Positions 10,083 through 20,481 of a stretch of 47,391 nt of DNA are shown here, piece after piece. How positions within the stretch are numbered: position 1 is the stretch's first letter; each line of letters starts with the position of its first letter. The position numbers were made by a program, and so were the translations under genes. The notes below the pieces were generated by a model. It had not been told where the DNA came from. It ran no database searches and saw nothing but the letters and a program-made list of their open reading frames with translations. The DNA comes from a virus (Duplodnaviria; Caudoviricetes): positions 1 through 47,391 of the IMG/VR virus record IMGVR_UViG_3300049924_000503; one strand, given 5' to 3'.

Positions 10083-12879
10083 ACTTATCAAGTTTGCTTT
10101 TGTCGCGGGAGAGCTTTCGCAAACTTTTCTCGGCCGGTCAGACTTAGAGAAGTTTGATCTGGGTTTGCAAGAAGCTATTAACTGGTTTGTGGATTATCGG
10201 GGCGGTTTGAGTACTCGTGCGGGCACTGAGTTCCTCGATTACGTAAAGCATCCAAACGATGAAGTGAAACTTTTTCCGTTCAAGTATGCGCCAAACGTAG
10301 AGAATACCTATGTCGTAATGTTTGGAAAAAACTACATTCGGTTTCTCCAAGATGGAGGCTATGTTCTCGAAGAGTCAAAAACAGTCACCGGCGTGACTAA
10401 CGCAAACCCCGCTGTCATAACCAGTGTTGCTCACGGCTATACAAATGATGATTGGGTCAAGTTTTCAATATCTGGAATGCCCCTTTTCGCCAATGTTACT
10501 GGCGTGGTTAAAAATGTAACTGCAAACACATTTGAGTTGTTTAACGTTTTTGACGAACCAATCGACACGACCTTGTGGGGCGCTTTTATCAGCGGCACTG
10601 TGTCGCGTGTTTACACGCTGACCACGCCCTACGGCAGCGCGGATTTGGAAAAACTTTCCCTCTTCCAGCAGCGGGATTTGATTAAAATTACTTCCGTGGA
10701 TTTTCCGATCCATGAGTTAACTCGTATTGACGCGGCTAACTGGACATTACTTCCCGCCGTGATTGGCAATATAGCCACAGTTCCGACAAACCTCGTAACT
10801 AATCCTATAGTAGCCGGTACCGCCGGAGTTGGCTTTATTGTCACATCAGTGGACCTTTCTGGAAATGAAAGTCTAGCTTCGAAAATGAAAATCGAAGTGG
10901 CGACTAATAACTATACTACTACTGCTGGCGGCATACAATTGTCTTGGACTAGTGTACCAAACACACAATACTATAATGTATATCGAACCAATATAATTAA
11001 CAATCAAGGATATTTTAGCTCCGGGGCTGAGGTTGGTTTTGTTGGACGTGCTTATGGAACGCAGTTCACTGACAATAATATTATACCTGATTTTACGCAG
11101 ACTCCTCCTCTTGGAAATAATCCATTCAAAAATGGTGCTGTTGAGAAAATTGAAATAGGCGCAGGTGGCACCGGGTATCCGCGCTTTACAACTACCGTAA
11201 GCGTAGCTGGTGGCGGTGGTTCTGGTTTTATCGGAGAAGCGCTTGTTGATCTTGTTACAGGAGCTATCTTTGGCGTGCTTGTCATAAACGGCGGAGAGGG
11301 TTATACGAGTCCTGTTGTGACTTTTGGTGGTGGAGGAGCGGGCGCTACGGCAACAGCGCTGTTGTCGCCCTTGAGCGGAAATAATCCAGCTTTGTCTGGA
11401 CGTTTTCAACAGCGTCAGCTTTACGCGGCCACGCTTAACGAGCCTTTGACAGTTTACGGCAGCAAACCGCGACGACACAATAACTTCGATATGTCAAATA
11501 TTGTAGCGGATAATGACGCGTATGAGTTTGACATTGACTCCGATGAAGTTGCGCCGATCCGACATATGCAGTCTGTTCGGGGCGGATTGCTTTTGATGAC
11601 TGATGCAGGAATTTGGCAGCTTACAGGCGGTGGCGTTAACGATCCGGTCACGCCTACGAATGCTTTGGCGGAGCCCCAAACATACACTGGCATTAGCGAG
11701 GTTCCGCCTCTCTTAATTGACACTGATTTGATCTACATTGAAAGTAAAGGCTACACTGTCCGCGCGTTGTCGTATAACGACTTCAGCCGAGTGTACGCTG
11801 GAACAGATATTTCTATCCTTTCAAATCATTTTTTCTCAGCGCAGAATAAAATTATTCGTTGGGGCTTTGCTTCAGACCCTTTTAAACTCGTTTGGGCCTG
11901 CCGAAGCGATGGTGCCATGCTTATGTTTACCATGGTGAAAGAGCAAAATGTTTTTGCGTGGACGAGAGCTTATACTAAAGGTCAATTCAAAGATGTGCTT
12001 CCTATCCAAGAAAATCGCACAGACACTGTATACACTCTTGTTCAGCGTCGTGTCGACGGACGCTGGGTTAAATACATTGAACGATTTGCTCCGCGGACTA
12101 TCACGCATGTCGAGGAAGCCTTTGCAGTTGATTGCGGTTTGAGACTTAATCCAACTTATCCAGCTGCCGGCGTAGAAATGTCGGGAATTACTGGAACTAT
12201 TGTTTGCACAGCGGATGCTGCCATATTCACCGCACTTGATGTAGGGAAGATTTTCCGTGCTGGTGGCTGTAAAGGTGTTGTCACAGTGTTCACTGACACC
12301 ACGCACATTACCGTGCTTTTACAGCGAGATGTTGCACTGCTGGTTCCTGAAGATGAAGATTTAACGCCACTTCCTGCAGCGCAAGGCACGTGGACTTTGG
12401 ATACGCCAGTTTCATCTGTAGCTGGCTTGTGGCACCTAGAAGGACAACTCGTTTCAATTCTTCAAGATGGTAATGTCATTCCAAAGCAAGTAGTAACGGG
12501 CGGACGGATCACCCTGCAAGGCACTGCCACGCGCGTGATTGTGGGCCTTCCTTTTGTGGCGCGGGCTAAGACGCTTCCAATGTCCGTTGAGCGTGAAACA
12601 ATAGAAAACCGCCGCAAGCGTATTATGGGTATAGGCGTTCGCGTACATGAGACTCGCGGCCTTAAAGTAGGCGGAAAGTATTCAAAGCTTTACGAAGTAA
12701 AAGAACGCACTTCAGAAATTTATTCCGAACCCACAAACTTGATAAGCGCTATGAAAAATGTACTTATTCAGCCGCAATGGAATGTTGACGGTTCCAGTGT
12801 TTTTGTACAAGATAATCCTCTTCCGGCGACGATTTTAGGATTTGTGACTTCCGCGGAGGTAGGCGATGATCCGGATTGA
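10072..12879 (+). CDS. tail tubular protein B / nozzle
   Basis: FVAGELS...GRSDL...GGLSTRAGT N-terminus, FQQRQLYA, EQNVFAW; FCCH-like insertion VTGVTNANPAVITSVAHG. Confidence 0.9.
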   Translation: MSLELIKFAFVAGELSQTFLGRSDLEKFDLGLQEAINWFVDYRGGLSTRAGTEFLDYVKHPNDEVKLFPFKYAPNVENTYVVMFGKNYIRFLQDGGYVLEESKTVTGVTNANPAVITSVAHGYTNDDWVKFSISGMPLFANVTGVVKNVTANTFELFNVFDEPIDTTLWGAFISGTVSRVYTLTTPYGSADLEKLSLFQQRDLIKITSVDFPIHELTRIDAANWTLLPAVIGNIATVPTNLVTNPIVAGTAGVGFIVTSVDLSGNESLASKMKIEVATNNYTTTAGGIQLSWTSVPNTQYYNVYRTNIINNQGYFSSGAEVGFVGRAYGTQFTDNNIIPDFTQTPPLGNNPFKNGAVEKIEIGAGGTGYPRFTTTVSVAGGGGSGFIGEALVDLVTGAIFGVLVINGGEGYTSPVVTFGGGGAGATATALLSPLSGNNPALSGRFQQRQLYAATLNEPLTVYGSKPRRHNNFDMSNIVADNDAYEFDIDSDEVAPIRHMQSVRGGLLLMTDAGIWQLTGGGVNDPVTPTNALAEPQTYTGISEVPPLLIDTDLIYIESKGYTVRALSYNDFSRVYAGTDISILSNHFFSAQNKIIRWGFASDPFKLVWACRSDGAMLMFTMVKEQNVFAWTRAYTKGQFKDVLPIQENRTDTVYTLVQRRVDGRWVKYIERFAPRTITHVEEAFAVDCGLRLNPTYPAAGVEMSGITGTIVCTADAAIFTALDVGKIFRAGGCKGVVTVFTDTTHITVLLQRDVALLVPEDEDLTPLPAAQGTWTLDTPVSSVAGLWHLEGQLVSILQDGNVIPKQVVTGGRITLQGTATRVIVGLPFVARAKTLPMSVERETIENRRKRIMGIGVRVHETRGLKVGGKYSKLYEVKERTSEIYSEPTNLISAMKNVLIQPQWNVDGSSVFVQDNPLPATILGFVTSAEVGDDPD

Positions 12880-13294
12880 GCGGGTTTCGCAAGTGCCAGA
12901 AACAGTGCTCGCTGCTTTAGCTGAGCCATCAACTTGCGATTTACTACTTCGCCCGGAGCAGAAAGCGCTGCGGGAAAAAGAGTCATTTTTTATGGCGACC
13001 GTTTACGACGCTGACGTGCCTTTGTGCTTTGTAGGGCTTACACGACAAAGTTTTTGCGGTCTTGTTGGGGTTTGGTTTCTTGTATGCAAAGACTATGGAA
13101 TGAAGTATGCTCGTAAAACGCGAAACGTTTGGGCTGGAATTGTTGAAGCTGAGAAAAACATTCAGTCTTTGATTGACTTGAGCAATCCGCGCAATACGCA
13201 CTTTGCCCGGTTCCTTGGAATGTGCCCGACAGGAGAACTTGTCCAAATGAATAACCGAACCTACGGCGTTTACGAGGCAAAACATAATGGCTGA
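12866..13294 (+). CDS. GNAT-fold T7 gp13-like protein
   Basis: position between nozzle and internal virion genes; VWFL...N..F.RFLG pattern. Confidence 0.6.
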   Translation: MIRIERVSQVPETVLAALAEPSTCDLLLRPEQKALREKESFFMATVYDADVPLCFVGLTRQSFCGLVGVWFLVCKDYGMKYARKTRNVWAGIVEAEKNIQSLIDLSNPRNTHFARFLGMCPTGELVQMNNRTYGVYEAKHNG

Positions 13295-13808
13295 TCTTGG
13301 TATTAGCGCGATCCTTGGCGCAGTCGGTAGTGTGGTCAGCGGCGTAGCTTCTTTAGCCGCGGGTGCTGCGCAAGCGCGCATGGCAAAATTTAACGCCAGC
13401 ATCGCAGAGGATAACGCAGTACGTGCGACGGAACGCTCGCAAATTGAAGCACAACAGCAAGATAAACTGACACTCGGAATGCTCGGCGAACAAGAAGCTG
13501 TTCAGAGTGCTTCGGGCATTTCCCTTGGCTCCACTTCTTCCGTCCGCACACGTAGAGCAGCACGGGAACTTGGTCGTCTTGATACGTTAAATGTTCGTCA
13601 AGCTGGTGATATCGAAGCATATAACTATAAAGTAGACGCCGCAAACCAGCGAATGCAAGGATCAGCCGCCATGACCGCTGGTATAAGTAACGCTTTGGGC
13701 TCGTTCCTTGGTGCAGGTTCATCACTCATCGGAGGCTCACGTAGCTCGCGAAAATCTTTTGATCCTTGGATTACGCGAAAAGGAACTTCAATGAGGTATA
13801 CGACATGA
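13287..13808 (+). CDS. internal virion (ejection) protein, gp14-like
   Basis: hydrophobic Gly/Ala N-terminus, Q...SASGI..GS motif, position. Confidence 0.75.
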   Translation: MADLGISAILGAVGSVVSGVASLAAGAAQARMAKFNASIAEDNAVRATERSQIEAQQQDKLTLGMLGEQEAVQSASGISLGSTSSVRTRRAARELGRLDTLNVRQAGDIEAYNYKVDAANQRMQGSAAMTAGISNALGSFLGAGSSLIGGSRSSRKSFDPWITRKGTSMRYTT

Positions 13809-16501
13809 AAGTTCCTCATTCAATCGTAGGTAGAACTCGCCCTTCCGCGCAAGGCCAGCAGTTATTCTCTCTGGCGAGTTTCACGCCTGAAGCATTCGGC
13901 GCGGGCATTGGACGAGGTCTTCAGCAACTTAGTGCTGGTTTTGCAGTCCGCGAACAAGAGCAAAAACGCGAAGAAGAAATTGCTTCGGCAGAACTTAAGC
14001 AGCGAGAAGATCGAACTAATCGCTTCCAAACGTTGACAAACTTCTCTGAGTTTGAGTCTAATGTCGCCACACGGCTGACTGAACTAAAGCGTAACGCTGA
14101 TCCGACCGGGAAAGGCTTTGCCGCTCTGGCCGAAGCTGAATATAAAAAAGCCGAAGCGGAGTTTCTTGGCGCAAAAGTTCATCCCGACCTTAAGGAAGAA
14201 TTTACCTATCGCTCGTCTGAGGTTCGTCGCAATATGCTCGGCGATGCTATGGATTTTCAGTATAAAGCTGGTGATGCATTCTTTCGCACAAGTGTCGATA
14301 CAGAGTATCAGAAAGCACTGAAAGGTCTTGATCTGGCGACGGGTGGAGACCCAAAGCAGCTAGAAACATACCGCGCGAAGATGGCCGAAACCATTGATGC
14401 GACGGACCTGTCTGATATTGAAAAAGCCGATTTAAAGCAAAAGGTTTCTATTGGGCTTGAGGGGGTTGGGTATAAGCAAGCAGTGAAGCAGGAAATTGCT
14501 TCACGAGGTGCTCAAGCTCCGAGAAGAAGTCGCCAAGTTAACGCACCTGCACATGTACGAAATGCCATTTCTCAAGCTGCTCAACGTCATGGAGAAGACC
14601 CGCAGCTTCTCATGCGTATTTCTGAAATTGAGAGTTCTCTTAATCCAAACGCAAAAAACCCTAACTCTTCTGCTGGCGGATTGTTTCAGTTTGTGGATGG
14701 CACGGCGAATGACTATGGGCTGAAAAATAGATTTGATCCTGCTGAAGCTTCAGACGCAGCAGCACGTTTGTTGAAAGACAATCGCGCTTATCTTCAGAAA
14801 AACCTTGGGCGTGCTCCGACAAATGGAGAACTGTATCTTGCGCATCAGCAAGGCGCCGGCGGGGCATTAAAGCTTCTGCGCGATCCTTCGGCCCGAGCTG
14901 TAGATATTGTTGGAGCTGACGCTATCCGGCTTAACGGCGGAAACGCTTCAATGACGGCGGGTGAGTTTGCCTCAAAGTGGACAAGTAAAGTTGACGGAAG
15001 TGGCGCTATCTATAGCACAGTTGACGCTTCTGGAAGCTTTTCCAACGTCCCTTATGAAGATCGCGTTGCTCTGCGCGCCGACGCAGAGCGTGAAGTCGCC
15101 GGTATGTTTGCAGAGCAAGCAAAGGAGCGGAAGCTTCTCGTCGACACACAGATAAACACCCTTCTAAATAACATCATGGACGGCTCAGCCGGACAGGCTC
15201 AGATCGACCGGGGCGTTGAAGATGGTTGGCTCGGAGACTACGATCAGCGTAAAAAAGCACAAGACGCGCTTGACACTAAAACAAAGGAAGTTGACTTTTT
15301 CAAAGCGGCTACTGATAAGGTAAACAGCCCGCTTGCCGTTTTCGATCCGACTGATGAGAATGACCGAAAGATGCTGAATGCGTATGTCGGGAAAGACGGT
15401 CTGACGAAGCTCTCGGGCGCCGACTCCGCATACGTGACCAATGGTCTCGTTCCGTTGGTTCAGCGTGCAGGAGATATTCCAACTGACGTTGTCGGAACAC
15501 TCACCGGAATGGTGCGCTCGAACAACCAAACTCAGGCGCTTTTCGCATTAGAGACGCTACGGCAGCTTAAAGATGCCGACCCACGAGCTTACGACGATCG
15601 TATCCCGGAGAAGCTTTCTAATGATGTGGATTTCTACTCCTCGCGAAAGCAACTCTACCCCGCCGATGAACTCCTAAAATCAGTGAACGGAGGAACCGAT
15701 GCAGCGGAACGTCAGTCACGAGCAATCTTGGATAAAGAAGCGCAAGGTTACCTTGCGGCGAAGAAAAATGGCGTTTCGCAAATTTCTACGCTGGTTGCGG
15801 ACGTTGTCGGAGACTTCAGCGGATATACATGGTCCGCTCACCTGAGTGGAGTTCCGGCGTTTGCGAAGGCGCTTGAAAGTGACTACCAAACCGCTTTTGT
15901 CGATGCGTATTCGCGGACAGGGAATGTAGAAGAAGCCGACGTGCTTGCACGCAAGACGCTGCAAAAATCATGGGGCGTGACTGTCGTAGGAGGGCAAAAT
16001 TTGCTGATGAAGCATCCGCCGGAGAAGGTTGGCTACCGCCCTGTAGCAGGATCATATGAGTGGATTAATAGGCAAGTCGGAGAAGAAGTTGGATTAAAGC
16101 CTGGCGAACGGTTTGAGTTAATCTCCGACGATCAGACAGAAACTGAGTTTCGAAAATGGCAAACCGGTGGTGTACCGCCTTCTTACCGTGTCATTGTCTA
16201 CGATGAAGCCGGGACCGCGCATCTACAAGAAACCCGCCGTTGGTTCCAACCCACATCTACCGACAAAACCGCTGAAGTTAAGGAGTTTGAAAAACGGAAT
16301 GTTGAACGTGATTTGATTGATGCGCAAAATAAGCTTGAAGGTGCGTCAATGTTCTATGGGCAGCGTGGCGAACCAATTCCGCAGGAATTTTATGATGATG
16401 TGGAAGAGCTTAAAGGGAAAGCAAAAGCACTCGAACCCGTGCCAGTACCTAATCTGTCAAATGAACCTTCTCTAGAAGCTACACCGTGGGGAGCAATGTA
16501 A
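13805..16501 (+). CDS. internal virion protein with lytic transglycosylase (SLT) domain
   Basis: IESSLNPNAKNPNSSAGGLFQFVDGT and LYLAHQQGAGGA motifs. Confidence 0.85.
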   Translation: MKVPHSIVGRTRPSAQGQQLFSLASFTPEAFGAGIGRGLQQLSAGFAVREQEQKREEEIASAELKQREDRTNRFQTLTNFSEFESNVATRLTELKRNADPTGKGFAALAEAEYKKAEAEFLGAKVHPDLKEEFTYRSSEVRRNMLGDAMDFQYKAGDAFFRTSVDTEYQKALKGLDLATGGDPKQLETYRAKMAETIDATDLSDIEKADLKQKVSIGLEGVGYKQAVKQEIASRGAQAPRRSRQVNAPAHVRNAISQAAQRHGEDPQLLMRISEIESSLNPNAKNPNSSAGGLFQFVDGTANDYGLKNRFDPAEASDAAARLLKDNRAYLQKNLGRAPTNGELYLAHQQGAGGALKLLRDPSARAVDIVGADAIRLNGGNASMTAGEFASKWTSKVDGSGAIYSTVDASGSFSNVPYEDRVALRADAEREVAGMFAEQAKERKLLVDTQINTLLNNIMDGSAGQAQIDRGVEDGWLGDYDQRKKAQDALDTKTKEVDFFKAATDKVNSPLAVFDPTDENDRKMLNAYVGKDGLTKLSGADSAYVTNGLVPLVQRAGDIPTDVVGTLTGMVRSNNQTQALFALETLRQLKDADPRAYDDRIPEKLSNDVDFYSSRKQLYPADELLKSVNGGTDAAERQSRAILDKEAQGYLAAKKNGVSQISTLVADVVGDFSGYTWSAHLSGVPAFAKALESDYQTAFVDAYSRTGNVEEADVLARKTLQKSWGVTVVGGQNLLMKHPPEKVGYRPVAGSYEWINRQVGEEVGLKPGERFELISDDQTETEFRKWQTGGVPPSYRVIVYDEAGTAHLQETRRWFQPTSTDKTAEVKEFEKRNVERDLIDAQNKLEGASMFYGQRGEPIPQEFYDDVEELKGKAKALEPVPVPNLSNEPSLEATPWGAM

Positions 16502-19500
16502 TGCCTTCGAGAGAAACTCAAGTCACCGGCTTCGCTCCGTATAAAGTTCCTGAAGTCGTGCAGCCAGCACCAGCAGGAGATGAAGTCATAGGTGCTGCTT
16601 TTGCCCTTGAAAATGATGTGCTTAACGCTTGGGAACTTTTGAACCGTCCCGCGTTTAAAGCCGATCCGCTTTTTAACGTAACTCAGTCTTTGAAAGATAC
16701 AAAGTATTGGGAAAACTATCGAGATAATTTCATTGGAGTTAAAAGCCAAGAAGAACTAAACTTTATCGCCGCGCAGATTGATACTGAAGAACGCCAACAT
16801 GACGTACTTGCGCGAAGCGGATGGAGTGGCACTGTTGCCATGGTTGGAGCTGGACTGCTTTCGCCGACAATTGCGCTTCCTTTGCTTGGGCCTTCACGAG
16901 GTATTCGTGGAGTAGGTGAAGCATTGCTTCTCGGCGGTGTCGCAGGCGTTGCGCAGGAAGTTCCACTGCAAGCCAATCAGCAGACCCGAACGCCAGCTGA
17001 AACTGCATTTTCAATTGGCGCTTCCACAGTGCTCGGAGGTATTCTTGGCGGTGCCGTAGCCGTGCTGCGTCCAGGGGAAAAAGCGTTGCTTGAGGCTGGT
17101 ATGGTTAATCAACCGGGTGGTATAGCCATATCTCGTGCTGGTGATGCGGGCGCGAAAGAGGTCGTAATGGGCGAAGCGGGAAATCTTGCTTCGGGGGCAC
17201 GGACGTTGGCTAAGGTCACGGATAGCAACACACTCACACGCAGTCCTGTCACCGACACCATTATGTCAGACTTTAACATCGGTCGAGGCATGATGAGTGA
17301 AATGTCCGACGGCGGACTAAAGATGGAACGGAATGCCTTGGGCGTTCCCACTTCGCCCGGTGGAACAATCGAAAATCGTGTTCATACTTGGTATGGTAAT
17401 TTTGCTGAATATGTGACCAGAGCCGATGAAGCTTATCGAGATTATATTTTCGATGGGGTTGCGCCTTCCGTCGCACCAAATATGCGAGCCACAATCCGCG
17501 GAGCCTTGAGCGCCGACAAGCTTTCCCGGGATGAGTTTAAAGAACAAATTTGGTGGGCACTCGCCAACGGTGGAGAGCATGAAAACGCGCATGTAAAAGC
17601 TGCCGCAAAGGCCGCACAAAAAAATATATACGATCCTGTGCTTAAAGGATTGCAAGAAACAAAGATACTTGGAGATGATCTTCCCGATACTGCTTCCGCC
17701 GGTTACGTTAACTGGCTTTTTGATCACGGCGTTATCCGACAAGACCCGGTGAAGTTTGTAGATTTTCTTGCGAAGAAATATAACGAAAAAATGCAAGAAG
17801 AGTTTTCAGTTATGTACCAAAAGTTTCTCGAACGGCAGAACCAGTCGAAAGAACTAGTTTCAGATATGCGACGTGGGCCGGACGAGATCGAAGCCTTACG
17901 CGATGAATACGGCGCGAAGCTGAAAGCTTTGGACGAGGATGCAAATGTCGAGCATCTTAGTGCACTCGAAGACACAATCGCCTCTCTGCGCGCTGCTATG
18001 CGTCCGCTCAAAGGCGGGAATATCCACGATGAAGCTACGCGTAAGCAGATGGGTGCTGATGCTCGTGCCATGGCGGAAGCTGCCGGTGAGCCTTTTATCA
18101 AATTCAAAACTGCTCGGCGAGAGCTCAAGCGGCGCTTGAGCAACTTGAACAAATCCTACGCTGTGGTCGAGGCTCGGCGCGAAGCAAAGCTTGAGCGTAT
18201 CTCACGAATTGAAGAACTCGGTATGAACACGCTCATGCGTGTGGCTCGAGCCGGTAAACGCTTTCTCAATAAATTAGACACACTGTCTGACGAAGCTTTT
18301 GATAAAGAAGTCTCAAAGATCAAAGACGACTTTGCCCGAGCAGGAGATGTTTATGATCGGGGCCAAGAGCGCCTTACGAAAATTATTGCTGGTGAAAAGA
18401 CCGAGGATGATTTTTGGGGTGTGGATGGAACGGCCACTGAGCAGTTGCTTGACGCAGAGGCTCGCCAAACCCAACGTGCAGGACGCTTGACAGAGATTAG
18501 TCAAATACTTGAACACGCAGAAGAACTTGATCGCGTTGAGATACGAGCGCTGGTTGAGGAAGGGCTTACCGAAGCGCTCGCACGTGCAAAACTTATCAAC
18601 GACAAGCGTGCTGTTCGTTCGGTGAAACTTCGTGATGCGGTTAAGAAGCTCGATCCGAAGTTAGTCGATGAACGGATCGCAGCGGTGTTGGAAAAGGATC
18701 GCGTTCGTGCGAGTGCCTTTGGTGATAAAGTGCGGGAGATGGGAGGGAGTCTTGATGACTCAAAAGGAACTGCAGACTTTACGTCTTATGCGCGTGAAGC
18801 AGCACAACGCACGAAAGATAAAGTGCAAGGCACTACACTTCGCCTTCCTGTAGTAGACATCATTCAGAGTGAGCGTGGTTCAGCGTTGCCTCGTTTACTT
18901 GGCTTTATCCCCACAGAGGAAATGGCTCCTTGGCTTGAAAAAGACATTGAAAAAGTCATTCGCACGCATTTGCGAACTATGGCACCTGACATTGAAATGG
19001 CGCGAAAGTTTGGCTCGGTGAATGCGGAAGAGCAATGGGTGAAACTAACGGACGAGTTAAATAAAAAACTTGATGACGTGAAAAATGCCGTAGACTCAAA
19101 AGGTAAACCACGAAATGAAGCATGGCAAGCAAAAGAAACTGCACGGATACAAGATGAGTATGATCGAGTTAAGGTGAACCTCGAAGGCGTGATGAAACGT
19201 CTTCGGCATCAGTGGGGCTTGCCGTCTGATCCTAATGGCATGGGTTACAGAATGGCAAAGACAGTTGGACATCTGAACGTGCTTCGCTACATGGGCGGAG
19301 TGGTTTTATCCTCGATCCCAGACATAGCCCGCCCGGTGATGCGATACGGCTTGACGCGCACTTTCAAAGATGGTTATCTTCCCATGGTAACTAATTTGAA
19401 GGGGTTTAAGATGGGCATGAAGGAGGCTCGCCGAGCCTCTGTCGCCATTGACGCGTTGACGAACGCTCGTGCCCATGCGTTGCTCGACATTACTGATGAT

Positions 19501-20481
19501 CTTGGACGCGGATCAAAGTTTGAGCGGGCGGTAGAGTATGCTTCTTCTCGCCATGGCATAGTCGCGTTGTTTAACTACTGGACTGATGGAATGAAACAAA
19601 TTTCATCCGCAGTGTCTAATGCGAAGTTGCTCGACTCAGTGGCGGAAGTCGTTGGTGATCCACAAGCGTTGGAAAAAGTGGCCGCCGGAACTGCCAATAA
19701 ATTCCTACGAGAGTCTATTGACTTTCTTGCTTCTAATGGCATTGACGCTAACATAGCTGCAGATATTTGGCGGGAAGTTCAAAAAGGCGGTGGCGGAAAG
19801 ATTGATGGAGTATGGTTACCGAATACGGAAGACTGGACTAATCAGCGCACGGTGGAAGCATTTCGCCAAGCCGTTGCTCGCGAAGCAAACATCTCTATTA
19901 TAACCCCCGGCGTCGAGCGTCCTTTGTGGATGGATCGCACTATGATGGGTAAACTGCTTGGGCAGTTTAAAAGTTTTGCTTTCTCGTCAACACAAAAAAC
20001 CTTGATGGCCGGACTTCAGCAGCGTGATATGGCTTTTGTAACCGGCGTCACTTTTTCACTTGCCTTGGGCGCGCTTTCGTATTATCTTAGATCAGTCGCT
20101 AAAGGCGGTACTGCTGAGGAACAAATGCGTAATGCCGACATGAATGAGTGGGCCGATCAAGCGTTTGCACTGTCCGGCATTTCAGGTGCTTTCGGGCTCG
20201 GACAGGATTTGTTTTCTCGTATCCCTGCGACGGCCAACTTAGTAACACTCAGCGGACAGCGCACCACGACCCGCGGAGGAGATAATCTAGTCGAAGCTCT
20301 TCTCGGTCCTTCCTTCGATGCGCTGAAAACTAGCGCTGATATTTTTGCAGGCATTCATGATCCAACAAAGTCTACTGTGCATGATGTGCGGTTACTTTTG
20401 CCTTTGCAAAACATGACTTTTATTTCTCGTCTCTTCGACGCTATCGAAAACGCTATTCCTGTTAAGGAAACTCGTCAATGA
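16501..20481 (+). CDS. large internal virion (ejection) protein, gp16-like
   Basis: about 1326 aa, helical; GKLLGQFKSFAF and LLGPSF...LLPLQN motifs; TAATG coupling. Confidence 0.8.
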   Translation: MPSRETQVTGFAPYKVPEVVQPAPAGDEVIGAAFALENDVLNAWELLNRPAFKADPLFNVTQSLKDTKYWENYRDNFIGVKSQEELNFIAAQIDTEERQHDVLARSGWSGTVAMVGAGLLSPTIALPLLGPSRGIRGVGEALLLGGVAGVAQEVPLQANQQTRTPAETAFSIGASTVLGGILGGAVAVLRPGEKALLEAGMVNQPGGIAISRAGDAGAKEVVMGEAGNLASGARTLAKVTDSNTLTRSPVTDTIMSDFNIGRGMMSEMSDGGLKMERNALGVPTSPGGTIENRVHTWYGNFAEYVTRADEAYRDYIFDGVAPSVAPNMRATIRGALSADKLSRDEFKEQIWWALANGGEHENAHVKAAAKAAQKNIYDPVLKGLQETKILGDDLPDTASAGYVNWLFDHGVIRQDPVKFVDFLAKKYNEKMQEEFSVMYQKFLERQNQSKELVSDMRRGPDEIEALRDEYGAKLKALDEDANVEHLSALEDTIASLRAAMRPLKGGNIHDEATRKQMGADARAMAEAAGEPFIKFKTARRELKRRLSNLNKSYAVVEARREAKLERISRIEELGMNTLMRVARAGKRFLNKLDTLSDEAFDKEVSKIKDDFARAGDVYDRGQERLTKIIAGEKTEDDFWGVDGTATEQLLDAEARQTQRAGRLTEISQILEHAEELDRVEIRALVEEGLTEALARAKLINDKRAVRSVKLRDAVKKLDPKLVDERIAAVLEKDRVRASAFGDKVREMGGSLDDSKGTADFTSYAREAAQRTKDKVQGTTLRLPVVDIIQSERGSALPRLLGFIPTEEMAPWLEKDIEKVIRTHLRTMAPDIEMARKFGSVNAEEQWVKLTDELNKKLDDVKNAVDSKGKPRNEAWQAKETARIQDEYDRVKVNLEGVMKRLRHQWGLPSDPNGMGYRMAKTVGHLNVLRYMGGVVLSSIPDIARPVMRYGLTRTFKDGYLPMVTNLKGFKMGMKEARRASVAIDALTNARAHALLDITDDLGRGSKFERAVEYASSRHGIVALFNYWTDGMKQISSAVSNAKLLDSVAEVVGDPQALEKVAAGTANKFLRESIDFLASNGIDANIAADIWREVQKGGGGKIDGVWLPNTEDWTNQRTVEAFRQAVAREANISIITPGVERPLWMDRTMMGKLLGQFKSFAFSSTQKTLMAGLQQRDMAFVTGVTFSLALGALSYYLRSVAKGGTAEEQMRNADMNEWADQAFALSGISGAFGLGQDLFSRIPATANLVTLSGQRTTTRGGDNLVEALLGPSFDALKTSADIFAGIHDPTKSTVHDVRLLLPLQNMTFISRLFDAIENAIPVKETRQ